From IMG/VR virus record IMGVR_UViG_3300025030_000129, positions 1 to 56,348 of that record: 56,348 bases of DNA; one strand, written 5' to 3'. Below the pieces are notes generated by a model. That model was not told the DNA's origin, searched no databases, and saw only the letters and a list, made by a program, of their open reading frames with translations. The first letter of the stretch is position 1. Each line of letters begins with the position of its first letter. This document shows positions 45,602 to 54,972 of this stretch, piece by piece. Position numbers and translations under genes: made by a program. Origin of the DNA: a virus. Lineage: Duplodnaviria; Caudoviricetes.

Positions 45602-45630
45602 TTGACAAGTGTACCCACTGGGTATATTGT
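45602..45630 (+). promoter_or_regulatory. sigma70-like promoter with palindromic operator
   Basis: TTGACA-17-TATTGT; spacer contains tacccaCtgggta. Confidence 0.7.
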
Positions 45631-45684
45631 AGGAGACATAAGAGTGAGTGACCCGATACGGGTAAAATCGAACAGGGGGATATT

Positions 45685-46050
45685 ATGGGATACGCAGTGA
45701 TCACAGTGGTAAAACCGGACGGATACCGAAAAATCTGGTCCCCAGAACTGACCAACATGGTGGAAAATTCGGTAATTCATTCATCGTTCTATGATATGTA
45801 CACGGCCGTTTTCCCAGACGAAAAACAGGCAAATGAATATTACGAGCGGATTACCGCTCCGTTCACGCCGAGGACCATCACCGAATTGGAAATATTGAAA
45901 GCAGCTTACTGCCGTTTAGATGAAAAATATTGGAAGGAATGCGCGGCCGCCGAAATGGGTAGTCCGATAGGAAAGAATCGTTCGGAAAAGTTGAAACCGC
46001 AGATTGATGAGATCCGTACCAGAATTATCGAACTGGAGTCGCGGGTATGA
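45685..46050 (+). CDS. hypothetical protein
   Basis: SD; first gene after the promoter. Confidence 0.7.
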   Translation: MGYAVITVVKPDGYRKIWSPELTNMVENSVIHSSFYDMYTAVFPDEKQANEYYERITAPFTPRTITELEILKAAYCRLDEKYWKECAAAEMGSPIGKNRSEKLKPQIDEIRTRIIELESRV

Positions 46051-46214
46051 CCCCCGCCGAACTAACGCAGATCCGTACCGCCCTCGGCCTGACCCGCAGG
46101 GAGATGGCCGAGAAGGTCGGTATGAGCCTGCCGGGATATCGTAAATGGGAACAGGGCCAGCGACCGATCAGAGGACCCGCCCTGGTGATAATTAAACAGA
46201 TGGTACAGAAATGA
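46047..46214 (+). CDS. XRE HTH protein (55 aa)
   Basis: MTPAELTQIRTALGLTRREMAEKVGMSLPGYRKWEQG. Confidence 0.8.
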   Translation: MTPAELTQIRTALGLTRREMAEKVGMSLPGYRKWEQGQRPIRGPALVIIKQMVQK

Positions 46215-46375
46215 TACGAGCGTTGATCTGTAAGGTTTTCGGCCATAAATATGGTGAGGTGTACGATTTTAACTGGTATTACGTCGCCCGAAAGTGCCTC
46301 CGCTGCGGGCATATTATAAAACAGGATAAACAGACAATCAGGGAATTGTTCTTCGGATTTTTCGACGAGGACTGA
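46211..46375 (+). CDS. small Zn-binding phage protein (DUF1660-like)
   Basis: LICKVFGHKY...CLRCG. Confidence 0.7.
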   Translation: MIRALICKVFGHKYGEVYDFNWYYVARKCLRCGHIIKQDKQTIRELFFGFFDED

Positions 46376-46381
46376 AGAGAT

Positions 46382-46427
46382 GTCCCCGGTTCACTGTGTA
46401 TAGTGACCCGGGGGGGATTCGTTTTTA
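46382..46427. terminator. hairpin at convergent gene ends
   Basis: ccccggttcac/gtgacccgggg. Confidence 0.55.
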
Positions 46428-46949
46428 CCACCACAGATCTAATGCCCGATCTATCCATTCATGCAGTTCTTCCACTGTTCTGTTGTTCTCGATTTCAGCC
46501 GACACCAACCTACCCGGCAGCCGAACCTCAGACCTGTGAGCATCATCCACCGATCCGGCACGAACGATTTCAATCACCCGGCCGCCGCGTTTCAGGATCG
46601 CCTCGGCCTCGTTCGGAAAACGAACGTCGTCGATCACCAGATCATACGTCGTCCCGTCGTGCCGGCGCCACAGTACCAGCTCCCATATATCATCACCGAA
46701 CGTTTCCCGGCAGGCTTCAGTGCCGAGTAACTGTAGCATCCGCCGATATGTCATGTCCCAGTACGGGTCAATCTGAGATTTTACCGCAAGATCCCCGAGG
46801 AACGTTTCGACAGGAACACCAAAAATAATCGATGCGGCCTGTTTGAGTGTTGCGGCATATGCGTCTCGGGTGAAACTATACCAGGTGGTCAGATATTCCG
46901 CTGCAGTCGATTTTCCGGCACCAGCCCGGCCTGCGAATCCTATGATCAT
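46425..46949 (-). CDS. deoxynucleoside monophosphate kinase
   Basis: IIGFAGRAGAGKST, R.MLQLLGTE, DDVRFPNE, HRSE. Confidence 0.88.
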   Translation of the reverse strand: MIIGFAGRAGAGKSTAAEYLTTWYSFTRDAYAATLKQAASIIFGVPVETFLGDLAVKSQIDPYWDMTYRRMLQLLGTEACRETFGDDIWELVLWRRHDGTTYDLVIDDVRFPNEAEAILKRGGRVIEIVRAGSVDDAHRSEVRLPGRLVSAEIENNRTVEELHEWIDRALDLWW

Positions 46950-47048
46950 AAAATTACGGCCTCCCATGAATTTTAATTCATTCCCGTTCCCAGTGTGCCG
47001 CCGATTTCACGGCCGCCTGCACCCGGAGTGGGACCGACAGGGGTGTGG

Positions 47049-47570
47049 TCATCGTGCGGCTTCCGGCATGATTAAAGCGCGAAAGTGTGGCAATGTTTCA
47101 ACGAAATCACAAAATATCTGCCAGTCCGGATGACGATGTTTCCGCCGTGCTCGATACATTGCCCGTAATGCCTGATAAGAAACCGTAACAATTCGAGTAT
47201 AAACCTTACTCGGAAGATCGGTCTGTTTCTGTTCCGCCAGTTCGGCACCTGTGAGGGTTTTCAACTCACCATGCATCGCCGAGGATGTTGATAAACATTC
47301 GACCCCGTGACGATATGTTTCGAATTCAATCATCCATCCGACTTGCATATCTAAACGGAGATAAGCGACGATACCACGCATCGCCTTGGCATGATCGGCG
47401 CCAGCACGAATCAAACGGGAAGCGAGATCTTTGTCACCGGAACCGATAATGACGATATCATTCCATTGACGGGAATCACTGAAAGATTTTTTTGGTAGTC
47501 GCATCGCTACTAATGATTCTAACATCCCACAGACTGAGAGTAATTCAACCTGTAATGGTTTATAACTCAT
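47049..47570 (-). CDS. ThyX-like (flavin-dependent thymidylate synthase-related) protein
   Basis: DHAKAMR, EFETYR, SSAMH, SYQALR.MY..RR.HR..DW..FC. Confidence 0.65.
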   Translation of the reverse strand: MSYKPLQVELLSVCGMLESLVAMRLPKKSFSDSRQWNDIVIIGSGDKDLASRLIRAGADHAKAMRGIVAYLRLDMQVGWMIEFETYRHGVECLSTSSAMHGELKTLTGAELAEQKQTDLPSKVYTRIVTVSYQALRAMYRARRKHRHPDWQIFCDFVETLPHFRALIMPEAAR

Positions 47571-48421
47571 GCCCGCGCCCCCATGTGTTCAGAGATCCAC
47601 GCATTGATCCGTCCGGATTCGATCGCCCATAACCCCGGATCGGCCCGTCGGATCATAAACGTATTCCGGTACCCATCGATCGCCGCGATCAATTGTTCAA
47701 TCAGGTAAACCCGTTCCAGGGTCGCCCCGTCCCGGTCAGACTGTTCAGTACCGCCCGTGCGGGGGAGTTTTACCGATTTGAATTCGTCCAGTGAGGTATA
47801 TGTCAGGGAGAAATCACTGATCTGCATACCAGCCTGAACCAGTTTTTTACCGGTGGCAAGTGCGGTCATGGCTTCCGGCAGTTCTTCCGGGCCGGTACAT
47901 GTGACCTTGCCGCCGGCGTTGTCTTCTAGGACCAGTCGTTTACCGATCTGAACATCGTCGCCGGTTTCCGATTTCCACCATAGCCAAGTGAGAAAATCCG
48001 GTTGCGGTTCCGTGACCACGGAGTTAATGATCAGTCCAGTCGATTCCTTGAAAAAATCCTCGAAAATCGCCCGATGTTTCCCACTGGTCGAGAAGAACAA
48101 CACGGTCCCTGTGGCGACGTTCCAGACGACATCGACGGTAACGGTGGTCGGTTTCGCCCGGCGGATCATCTCGGTCCGGATACGCTCTTTAATTTCCATA
48201 CGCATACCACGGGACAGCCGGGGAATCTGTTGTTCGATCCGGACCCGCTGCTCTTCCTTGGCGCAGAATTTTTTCAGCAACGCCGTCGGAACCGTTCGTT
48301 CGTCAATCCTGAGTGTTGTGACCACATAGTCGTCGATGTCAATGAATCGTGCCACCGTGAATCGACTGAGGTCGGGACGGTCGTCACCGACCACCTTGTA
48401 GCGTGTAAAATTTGTTCCCAC
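47567..48421 (-). CDS. rdgC: recombination-associated protein RdgC-like
   Basis: LRIDERTVP..LLK, EIKE.IR.E...RA.P, DVVWN. Confidence 0.7.
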   Translation of the reverse strand: MGTNFTRYKVVGDDRPDLSRFTVARFIDIDDYVVTTLRIDERTVPTALLKKFCAKEEQRVRIEQQIPRLSRGMRMEIKERIRTEMIRRAKPTTVTVDVVWNVATGTVLFFSTSGKHRAIFEDFFKESTGLIINSVVTEPQPDFLTWLWWKSETGDDVQIGKRLVLEDNAGGKVTCTGPEELPEAMTALATGKKLVQAGMQISDFSLTYTSLDEFKSVKLPRTGGTEQSDRDGATLERVYLIEQLIAAIDGYRNTFMIRRADPGLWAIESGRINAWISEHMGARA

Positions 48422-48425
48422 TGTG

Positions 48426-48629
48426 TTACCTCCTGTTTTGACCAGCCCACTCGCGGCACGGTCGGGTTGATGTGTAATATTTTGGTCCGGCCGGTAACGA
48501 CCGAATCAGTTTTGCCGCCTCACCATATGTGTCGACAGCTGCTATCGTTTCCGGTTTCAGAGCGACCGGACGATCCCGGTCACTGCCGCCACCTTCGTAT
48601 ATTTTATCGGTTCGTTGGATGTAGATCAT
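48426..48629 (-). CDS. hypothetical protein
   Basis: MIYIQRTDK...YYTSTRPCREW. Confidence 0.6.
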   Translation of the reverse strand: MIYIQRTDKIYEGGGSDRDRPVALKPETIAAVDTYGEAAKLIRSLPAGPKYYTSTRPCREWAGQNRR

Positions 48630-48652
48630 GGTATTATTTCGTTATCAATCAG
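48581..48652. repeat. 72-bp direct repeat, copy 1
   Basis: Matches 48878-48949 with one mismatch. Confidence 0.95.
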
Positions 48653-48817
48653 ACTGTATCTGTCATGATGGATTGGTGTTATCACTGCCTTTTTCTCTTT
48701 CCACGATATGCTTGCACCTGAGCCACATGAATTACATATATGCACCCCCATTGCAGAAGAGTCTTGGTCAATATCAGTCGATCCGCAATCATTGCATTGT
48801 TGGTATGTTTTCCGCAT
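48626..48817 (-). CDS. Zn-ribbon protein
   Basis: CNDCGS...CNSCG; GAGG SD. Confidence 0.65.
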   Translation of the reverse strand: MRKTYQQCNDCGSTDIDQDSSAMGVHICNSCGSGASISWKEKKAVITPIHHDRYSLIDNEIIP

Positions 48818-48926
48818 TGCTTAACCTCTGGTCGATTCTAGTTTCTAACCGTGTATCCGTCACCGGTTCGCCCCAAACACTGCCGCCGCCTTCGTATATT
48901 TTATCGGTTCGTTGGATGTAGATCAT
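48789..48926 (-). CDS. 45-aa ORF sharing its first 16 aa with 48426-48629
   Basis: MIYIQRTDKIYEGGGS start derives from the 72-bp repeat. Confidence 0.4.
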   Translation of the reverse strand: MIYIQRTDKIYEGGGSVWGEPVTDTRLETRIDQRLSNAENIPTMQ

Positions 48927-48949
48927 GGTATTATTTCGTTATCAATCAG
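48878..48949. repeat. 72-bp direct repeat, copy 2
   Basis: Matches 48581-48652. Confidence 0.95.
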
Positions 48950-49202
48950 CCACTTTCTCGCCGCAATGAGGGCAGTGGGACAGGGCAATACTCACCTTTT
49001 CTTTCTTCAATTTCTCTTTCCCATTCTTCAGCTTGTGGGTGTATTCGACATCAAAAGTTGTTGTCGGCCTCGAAGTCATCTTGTTGTTTTTGATAATAAA
49101 TCCGTAACCAGCCAGGCTCCCTGTGATGTTTATCGCATCCGGTCGCATCTCCTGAACTTTTGCCAGCAATTTTTCTTCAAGCACCTTTCTGCAATCGCAC
49201 AT
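48942..49202 (-). CDS. Zn-binding hypothetical protein
   Basis: MCDC...HCPHCGEK; lower GC than flanks. Confidence 0.7.
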   Translation of the reverse strand: MCDCRKVLEEKLLAKVQEMRPDAINITGSLAGYGFIIKNNKMTSRPTTTFDVEYTHKLKNGKEKLKKEKVSIALSHCPHCGEKVAD

Positions 49203-49257
49203 AATCCATCCTATTTTCAGGTTTTCAAAATGTTGATACTAGTTTCAACACCGTCAC

Positions 49258-51855
49258 CTACCGCCCACCCCCAAACACTACCGCCGCCGATCCACCAGCC
49301 ACCACCGCACCCTGTGCGTCCTGATACGCCTTCGCCACCGCTGCCGGCACCGTGATATTACAGGCCAGATGGCCCCGTTTCACAAACAATCTAGGTTTCC
49401 CCCCGTCCGGCAGGACCGCGTTATTCACCCGGCCGCCACGTAACGCCGGATGGTGGTCATAACCGAGATCGTTCAACAACTCGCGCCGTTTGTTAATCGG
49501 AATCGAATTATCCCGACGCATTGATTTTAGCAGGGTGTCCAGTGCCGTACTCGATATCCACCCGCCGGCGAATCCCGGCCTGCCCTCGTCGACCGCTTCC
49601 AGGATCTGCTGTTCGACACTACCCAGACTGGCGGCGATGGCATCGACCGTCGATGAGGTCCGGGGCGCCCGGTGCATATCGCCGGCCGGGTTCAGGGCGT
49701 CCGGTATCTGATGGGTAGCCAGAACCTCATGGACGATTTCATACCCACCCGACCGTGCCCAGTTATACAGGTTCGGGAAATAATCACCGGCCATGCCGTC
49801 CCGCTTGATATCAGCGGCGCACTGTTGGGCGGTGTAAAACACAGCCAGACGCCGGTCGTTGTCGGTTTTTCGCACGGCGTCCTTGTGGTTCGAGTTAAAA
49901 ATAAAATTACAACACAGATCGCGCATGACCTGACTGGTCTGCATGGCCCGGCAGGGGTAGCGGTCCGCCGTGATCATCGGTTTGAGAATCTCAATCAGTT
50001 CCCGTTTTTGCTCCGGGATGTAAATATCCTCCACACCGATAACGAGTTTATTGAATAACCACTCGTTGAATTTTTCGCCGATCTCGGTTGCCGGCGGACT
50101 GTGGAAATATCGTTCGCCGATGGCCGCGGCCACACAACGGGTGAGGAACGATTTACCATTGCCCTCTGCCCCTTGGAACAGCGGCGCCCACTGAAATTTT
50201 ACGCCCTTGTGCTGGATCAGGGCGGCCAGATATGCAAGGGCAATCGCCCGGTCGTCGGTGTTCGGCAGAATCCGCGAGAGCAGATTGAAAAACGGGCCGG
50301 CATCGCCACGGCGGCGGCCGGTAATCACCGGGACATAAATATTCACCAATGACCGGCTGTCCCGGACGACGATTTCCCCCGGTGTTTTATTCGGCTGAAA
50401 ACATGTGGATTCAGCGATCGGATATTTTACCAGTTGGGATTCCTGAAACGCTTCCCAGGCCTTGGTCGTCGGTTTTTTCCGGCCGTTCGATGAGATGGTA
50501 AATTCGTATCCACCGAACGTACTGTTGAACTGTTCCGGTTTTAGGAGCGAACCGTTCGGCACGAATATTTTATGTTGGTCCTGGACATACACACACCCCC
50601 GGAAATGCTCGACCTGTTGCTCCGGTCCAAGAATCTGGTGCCCAACTGTGTATGCGGGACCGTCGGTCGGCCGGGCCGTCGGTGATTCGATCGGGGTCAG
50701 CATCCGGGCCAGCTGTTCGCCGGATTTTTCCCGGTTCTCCACCCACCAGGCGGCATCGGGGATCGTGTCGAACACTTCGGCGCCGGCGGGATACTCAGCC
50801 AGTTTCTGCGCCCGGATCTGCAGTGCCCAGGTCACCTGTCGTTCGGTTCCACGTAAGGCCGCGGTGTCGGTCTGGGTCGGGGCGGGTATCGAATACACAG
50901 TGGTCTGGGAGGCGACGGCCCCGGTGATCGTGCGGATCAGGTAATCCTCGCGGTCCCATTTATCCCGGCGTAACTGCGACTGCAGCATCAGGCGGTGAAT
51001 ACGTTCGGCATTCCGGCCGGTCCAGAACGCCAGATGTTGAGCAAGCGCCCGGTCAGCCGATGAGGCGTCGTAAGCTCGGCTACCGCCCGGATCGGGGTAG
51101 GCGATAGCGAGTGCCGGTTCGTTCGCGTTCCACAGATCCGTCACCGACGCCCGACCGCCGAACGCCGCCCCGGCCGTCTGTTTCGATGAGAGCATCCGGT
51201 TGATTAGTTCCTGGTCGTCGGCCGGTCCGGTGTATTCCGGGACGGGCTCAGTGGTCCAGGCGACAGGGGTTATCGTGGTAGCCGGGGGGAACCACCGGTC
51301 GATAACCCCTGTCAGTGCAGCCGTACAGTCGGTTGCAGCGTTACCCATGGCCCGGTCCCCCGTGATCATGGCGAACCGTGATTCGGTGTAGAGTTCCAGG
51401 CCCAGGGGGATATTTTTACACCCGTGAGCAGGCGGTAAACCGCTGTACGACCCGAAAATATGCAGTCCTCGGCCCGACTGTGACACCTCGACCGCTGCAC
51501 CGGGTAGGGCCGCGAGAACGGTGAGTGCCGTGGCGGACCATCCGTCGGGTGTGAGACAGTCGTCGATATCGAGGAAAAACAGATTATCTGTGACGGTGAA
51601 CAGGAAACCCACACCGTACCCGTCGCCACACTGACCTGCGAGGAATCGGGCCGTGGGGTAATCGGTCCAGGCGGCCGGATCGTTCTGCCAGTCGGCGCCA
51701 GCGGCGAATACCTGCAGGGTCCGGTGATCGACGGGGAGTTTATTGGTTTTCCCGTCGGGTTTGGGTACCAGACGGACGAGGATCCACTGATTACGTGCGA
51801 CGAGCGGAGCGAGCGGACCGGGACGGGTGATCAGGGCGGATAGTGGTTCGGTCAT
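49258..51855 (-). CDS. primase-helicase (AEP/PrimPol + helix bundle + SF3 helicase, NrS-1-like)
   Basis: FLDIDD, EVSQSGRGLH, ELY; SSAD.AL..LAFWTG; GAEGNGKS, VED, NSN, DRR. Confidence 0.88.
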   Translation of the reverse strand: MTEPLSALITRPGPLAPLVARNQWILVRLVPKPDGKTNKLPVDHRTLQVFAAGADWQNDPAAWTDYPTARFLAGQCGDGYGVGFLFTVTDNLFFLDIDDCLTPDGWSATALTVLAALPGAAVEVSQSGRGLHIFGSYSGLPPAHGCKNIPLGLELYTESRFAMITGDRAMGNAATDCTAALTGVIDRWFPPATTITPVAWTTEPVPEYTGPADDQELINRMLSSKQTAGAAFGGRASVTDLWNANEPALAIAYPDPGGSRAYDASSADRALAQHLAFWTGRNAERIHRLMLQSQLRRDKWDREDYLIRTITGAVASQTTVYSIPAPTQTDTAALRGTERQVTWALQIRAQKLAEYPAGAEVFDTIPDAAWWVENREKSGEQLARMLTPIESPTARPTDGPAYTVGHQILGPEQQVEHFRGCVYVQDQHKIFVPNGSLLKPEQFNSTFGGYEFTISSNGRKKPTTKAWEAFQESQLVKYPIAESTCFQPNKTPGEIVVRDSRSLVNIYVPVITGRRRGDAGPFFNLLSRILPNTDDRAIALAYLAALIQHKGVKFQWAPLFQGAEGNGKSFLTRCVAAAIGERYFHSPPATEIGEKFNEWLFNKLVIGVEDIYIPEQKRELIEILKPMITADRYPCRAMQTSQVMRDLCCNFIFNSNHKDAVRKTDNDRRLAVFYTAQQCAADIKRDGMAGDYFPNLYNWARSGGYEIVHEVLATHQIPDALNPAGDMHRAPRTSSTVDAIAASLGSVEQQILEAVDEGRPGFAGGWISSTALDTLLKSMRRDNSIPINKRRELLNDLGYDHHPALRGGRVNNAVLPDGGKPRLFVKRGHLACNITVPAAVAKAYQDAQGAVVAGGSAAVVFGGGR

Positions 51856-52787
51856 ATAGCCACCCGGTTGTGCTGTAGGTCGACGTATTTTTGATTCAGT
51901 TCGATCAGTATTGCGTGACGGTTGTTCTGTTTCGCCACCATTCCGGTTGTTCCACTGCCGCCAAACGGATCTAGTACCGTTCCACCTACCGGACAACCGG
52001 CGAGGATGCACGGCTCGATTAGGGCTGGGGGGAACGTTGCGAAATGTGCGCCTTTATAGGGTTTGGTCGGAACGGTCCAAACTGAGCGCTTGTTACGACC
52101 GTTGGCAGCGAGTTGTATTGTCCCCTCCCCACGGTCCCGAACGGACGGGTTACCACCAGGGAAAGCGATTGCCCTGAGTTCATTTGGGTGGGAATTCCTC
52201 TTTGCCCTTGTAATGGACTCGGCTTTGTGGGGTTCACGGATCGCATCTGCGTCATAAAAATATCGTCCCGATTTCGACAGCAGAAAGATATACTCATGTG
52301 ATTTTGTGCAACGATCTGTCACGCTTTCAGGCATAGGGTTTGGTTTGTGCCAGATGATATCCTGTCTGAGATACCAACCATCTTCTTGCAGGGCAAAGGC
52401 TACACGCCAGGGGATGCCGATGAGGTCTTTGGGTTTGAGTCCGCCCACGCTGTGGGAAGGGGAACCGGTAGACCCCCGCTTGGACTGTTGCTTACTGCCC
52501 GCCTTGTCTGTTCCCTTCCGCTGACCTGGGTGGGCGCTGTAACTATCACCCAAATTCAACCACAATGTACCATCGTCACGGAGAACCCGGCGCACTTCAC
52601 GGAACACCCGTACCAATTTTTCAACATATTCTTCGGGTGTAGGTTCGAGTCCGATTTGCCCTTCAACGCCATAGTCTCGCAGCCCCCAATACGGTGGGGA
52701 AGTGACGCAACAATTTACCCACTTATCGGGGTATAATTTCAGAACCGTTAAACAATCTCCGGTATTTATCTCAACGTGGGCGCTCAT
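51852..52787 (-). CDS. N4/N6 DNA methyltransferase (beta class)
   Basis: VTSPPY, IIWHKPNPMPES, HFATFP, VLDPFGGSGTT. Confidence 0.92.
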   Translation of the reverse strand: MSAHVEINTGDCLTVLKLYPDKWVNCCVTSPPYWGLRDYGVEGQIGLEPTPEEYVEKLVRVFREVRRVLRDDGTLWLNLGDSYSAHPGQRKGTDKAGSKQQSKRGSTGSPSHSVGGLKPKDLIGIPWRVAFALQEDGWYLRQDIIWHKPNPMPESVTDRCTKSHEYIFLLSKSGRYFYDADAIREPHKAESITRAKRNSHPNELRAIAFPGGNPSVRDRGEGTIQLAANGRNKRSVWTVPTKPYKGAHFATFPPALIEPCILAGCPVGGTVLDPFGGSGTTGMVAKQNNRHAILIELNQKYVDLQHNRVAI

Positions 52788-52790
52788 CGC

Positions 52791-53315
52791 TCACGCCCCC
52801 TTCAACAACGCAACCGCTTTCTCCTTCAGTGCTTCAGGCGCCTTACGTGCCTGAGTTTCCCCGTCCGCGAGTCCCTGAGCGACGATCTCTGGGATTTCCA
52901 GCACCACCGCCCGACGCATGATCGCCTGGCGCAATTGGTTCATCGTGGCAAAATATCGACTGACGAGGGTGTCGGACACCCCGGCCCGTTCGGCCACCAG
53001 CACCCGTGTTACCTTCCGATACCCGACCGACTGAGCCACCTGTACAGCCGATTCGAGGATGTGTTCACGGCGTAATTCCGGGTTCGCCCTGAGTTTACGG
53101 ACCGACTGGGCCGGTAGGTTCGCAACGGCCGGATCACGTCGGAGCGAGTCGATAAATTCGTTGAACGTTTGGCCGGTAACGTGGCGGAAACTACCGTCCG
53201 GTATGCCTGCGGCGGCGCATAAACCCACACGGGTAAGGTTGATCAGGCCGTCGGTACGGGCTAGATTTATCGCGATCGTGCGGACGGTTTGTTTCAGGGG
53301 GTATTCGGTTGTCAT
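52791..53315 (-). CDS. TetR-like double-HTH regulator
   Basis: REHILESA..VA..VGY..VT...VAERAGVS..LVSRYF. Confidence 0.75.
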   Translation of the reverse strand: MTTEYPLKQTVRTIAINLARTDGLINLTRVGLCAAAGIPDGSFRHVTGQTFNEFIDSLRRDPAVANLPAQSVRKLRANPELRREHILESAVQVAQSVGYRKVTRVLVAERAGVSDTLVSRYFATMNQLRQAIMRRAVVLEIPEIVAQGLADGETQARKAPEALKEKAVALLKGA

Positions 53316-53349
53316 GGTTTTACGGGTGTTGAGGTTAGTAATACGGGTG

Positions 53350-53378
53350 ATATTACCGCGTAGTGTCGGGCGTGTCAA
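53350..53378 (-). promoter_or_regulatory. sigma70-like promoter
   Basis: TTGACA-17-TAATAT on the minus strand. Confidence 0.7.
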
Positions 53379-53385
53379 TACGTAT

Positions 53386-53931
53386 TCATATGTGACTGAG
53401 TCGAACATTCTTCTGAGCAGCGATCACATCGGCCAGATGGACCACCAAATGGATATACCCATATTCCTCCGGGAATTTCCGCTCCACGTCCCGGCCGGTC
53501 AGATCCGTCCAGCGTCCCATGTGCCAGGCAATCGACCCGGTGATCAGATCAAGCAACCGTTTGTCCAGGCCTTGGGCGATACCGTGTTCCCGTACCCACA
53601 CGGCGCCCTCATAGTCGTGGTTCTTCGTGGTATGGTCCTGTTTCGGTAACCCATATTTCAGAACGTCGTGCAGGATCGATGCCGCGATCACACAATCGGT
53701 TTCGAGCCGGGTCGCGCTGAACACATCACACAGTTTTATCGCGAAATACACCACGGCCCGGGTGTGACGGACGAGACCGCCTTCACCGTTTGATTGCTCG
53801 GGATGGTATTTTCCCGACGAGGACGACGGTACGGTCCAGAAATATTCCGGCGCCTCGGCGAGACAGTGCTCGGTGAATTCGCGGACTGCGCGGTCACGGA
53901 TTAAACAGAGTTCTTCGTTCAGTGGGTTCAT
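53386..53931 (-). CDS. HD-domain phosphohydrolase
   Basis: SSSGKYH, GGLVRHT, LHDVLK, WHMG, HLAD. Confidence 0.85.
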   Translation of the reverse strand: MNPLNEELCLIRDRAVREFTEHCLAEAPEYFWTVPSSSSGKYHPEQSNGEGGLVRHTRAVVYFAIKLCDVFSATRLETDCVIAASILHDVLKYGLPKQDHTTKNHDYEGAVWVREHGIAQGLDKRLLDLITGSIAWHMGRWTDLTGRDVERKFPEEYGYIHLVVHLADVIAAQKNVRLSHI

Positions 53932-54146
53932 ATGGTCACCGAGTCGGGATATTTTGTCGCAAGTGGACGATATTCTTCAGGGGCGGTTCTACCACATTTC
54001 TTACAGACCATTGTCGGTATCACGTTCACATGGAAATTCGAGTCATCGTAGCCGGAACCGTTAAGCTCAATGTGGCCGCAATGTTCACATTCGTAATCTG
54101 CTCGGAAATCTCTTCGGTGTTGCGATATTATCCGTTTTATCTTCAT
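53928..54146 (-). CDS. Zn-ribbon hypothetical protein
   Basis: RRDF.ADYECEHCG...GYDD..FH..VIP...CKKCG. Confidence 0.7.
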   Translation of the reverse strand: MKIKRIISQHRRDFRADYECEHCGHIELNGSGYDDSNFHVNVIPTMVCKKCGRTAPEEYRPLATKYPDSVTI

Positions 54147-54148
54147 AC

Positions 54149-54631
54149 CTAAATCGTCCCCTCGCCGACGGCGAACGCTGCGTCGCCACCCATAGAAATT
54201 ATTAATTCGGCCCAACGTAACTGGGCCTGTTCTCGTTCCGTTCCCCGGTATTTCCAGCCGGCCGCCTTAATCTCGCGGGACAAAAACACCCCGACGGTCC
54301 GACCGACCATGCACGGTGTGATCACAACCGGCCGAATACCGATCAGATCCGCCGATTTCAGCCGGGCGTTCAGTTGGGCCGAATCGTTCGCCAGCCCGAA
54401 CCGGACGAACGAACCCGTGTCCATCAGCCCGGCGCCGACGTTATTCCGGAACAACAGGCACCCGCGGCGCGAGGCTTCCAGCCGGATCGTCTGTTGCACA
54501 GCGGCCTCGGACGTAACAGAAGGGTCCGGCGGCACGGGGATGTCAGCGATCAACCGGTTCCGCAGGTCGATTAGGGCTGCGGGGGGTATGTTCCAGCGGG
54601 CGGCCCAGGTGTGAAGTGTGTCGGGGTTCAT
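54149..54631 (-). CDS. VRR-NUC domain nuclease
   Basis: SE..VQ..IR, FRNNVG, SADLIG, EIK, EQ..W..GG. Confidence 0.85.
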   Translation of the reverse strand: MNPDTLHTWAARWNIPPAALIDLRNRLIADIPVPPDPSVTSEAAVQQTIRLEASRRGCLLFRNNVGAGLMDTGSFVRFGLANDSAQLNARLKSADLIGIRPVVITPCMVGRTVGVFLSREIKAAGWKYRGTEREQAQLRWAELIISMGGDAAFAVGEGTI

Positions 54632-54657
54632 GTTATTTCGTTATTGTGCAGGATGCC

Positions 54658-54972
54658 TTACGAACCAACTACTGAACCATCAAGCCAGGTAAATTCCCCA
54701 ACAGGAAAGTGAGCACCACAACCGGCGCAGAACGTCCCGCTATAGAATTTCGGATCACGGGCATATGTTTCAGCCAGCGAAAGTCCCATCTTCGTCACCA
54801 CGCCGCATTTGGTGTGCTGGTAATTTCTGCGGACAGGGCGGACAAAACCCTTGGCCCTCTCTTCGGGGCAGAGGACGACATAACCCTTTTGTTGACCGGT
54901 ATTCTCGTCAATCTCCCGGTGATCGGGTGCGACAGGGCTTCCATCGGTCATACAGGTTTTCGGCTCGGTCAT
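54658..54972 (-). CDS. conserved Zn-binding phage protein
   Basis: GFVRPVR..Y.H.KCG...AETYARDP.FY..TFC..C. Confidence 0.75.
   Translation of the reverse strand: MTEPKTCMTDGSPVAPDHREIDENTGQQKGYVVLCPEERAKGFVRPVRRNYQHTKCGVVTKMGLSLAETYARDPKFYSGTFCAGCGAHFPVGEFTWLDGSVVGS

Noticed and set aside
46953-47052. 24-codon ORF MTTPLSVPLRV... ending in TGA with a short in-frame tail
   Set aside because: Too short to support, with no SECIS-like hairpin or Cys motif; possibly a gene remnant.
48581-48949. DGR template/variable repeat pair or attL/attR
   Set aside because: Only one mismatch between copies, and no reverse transcriptase or integrase is recognisable.
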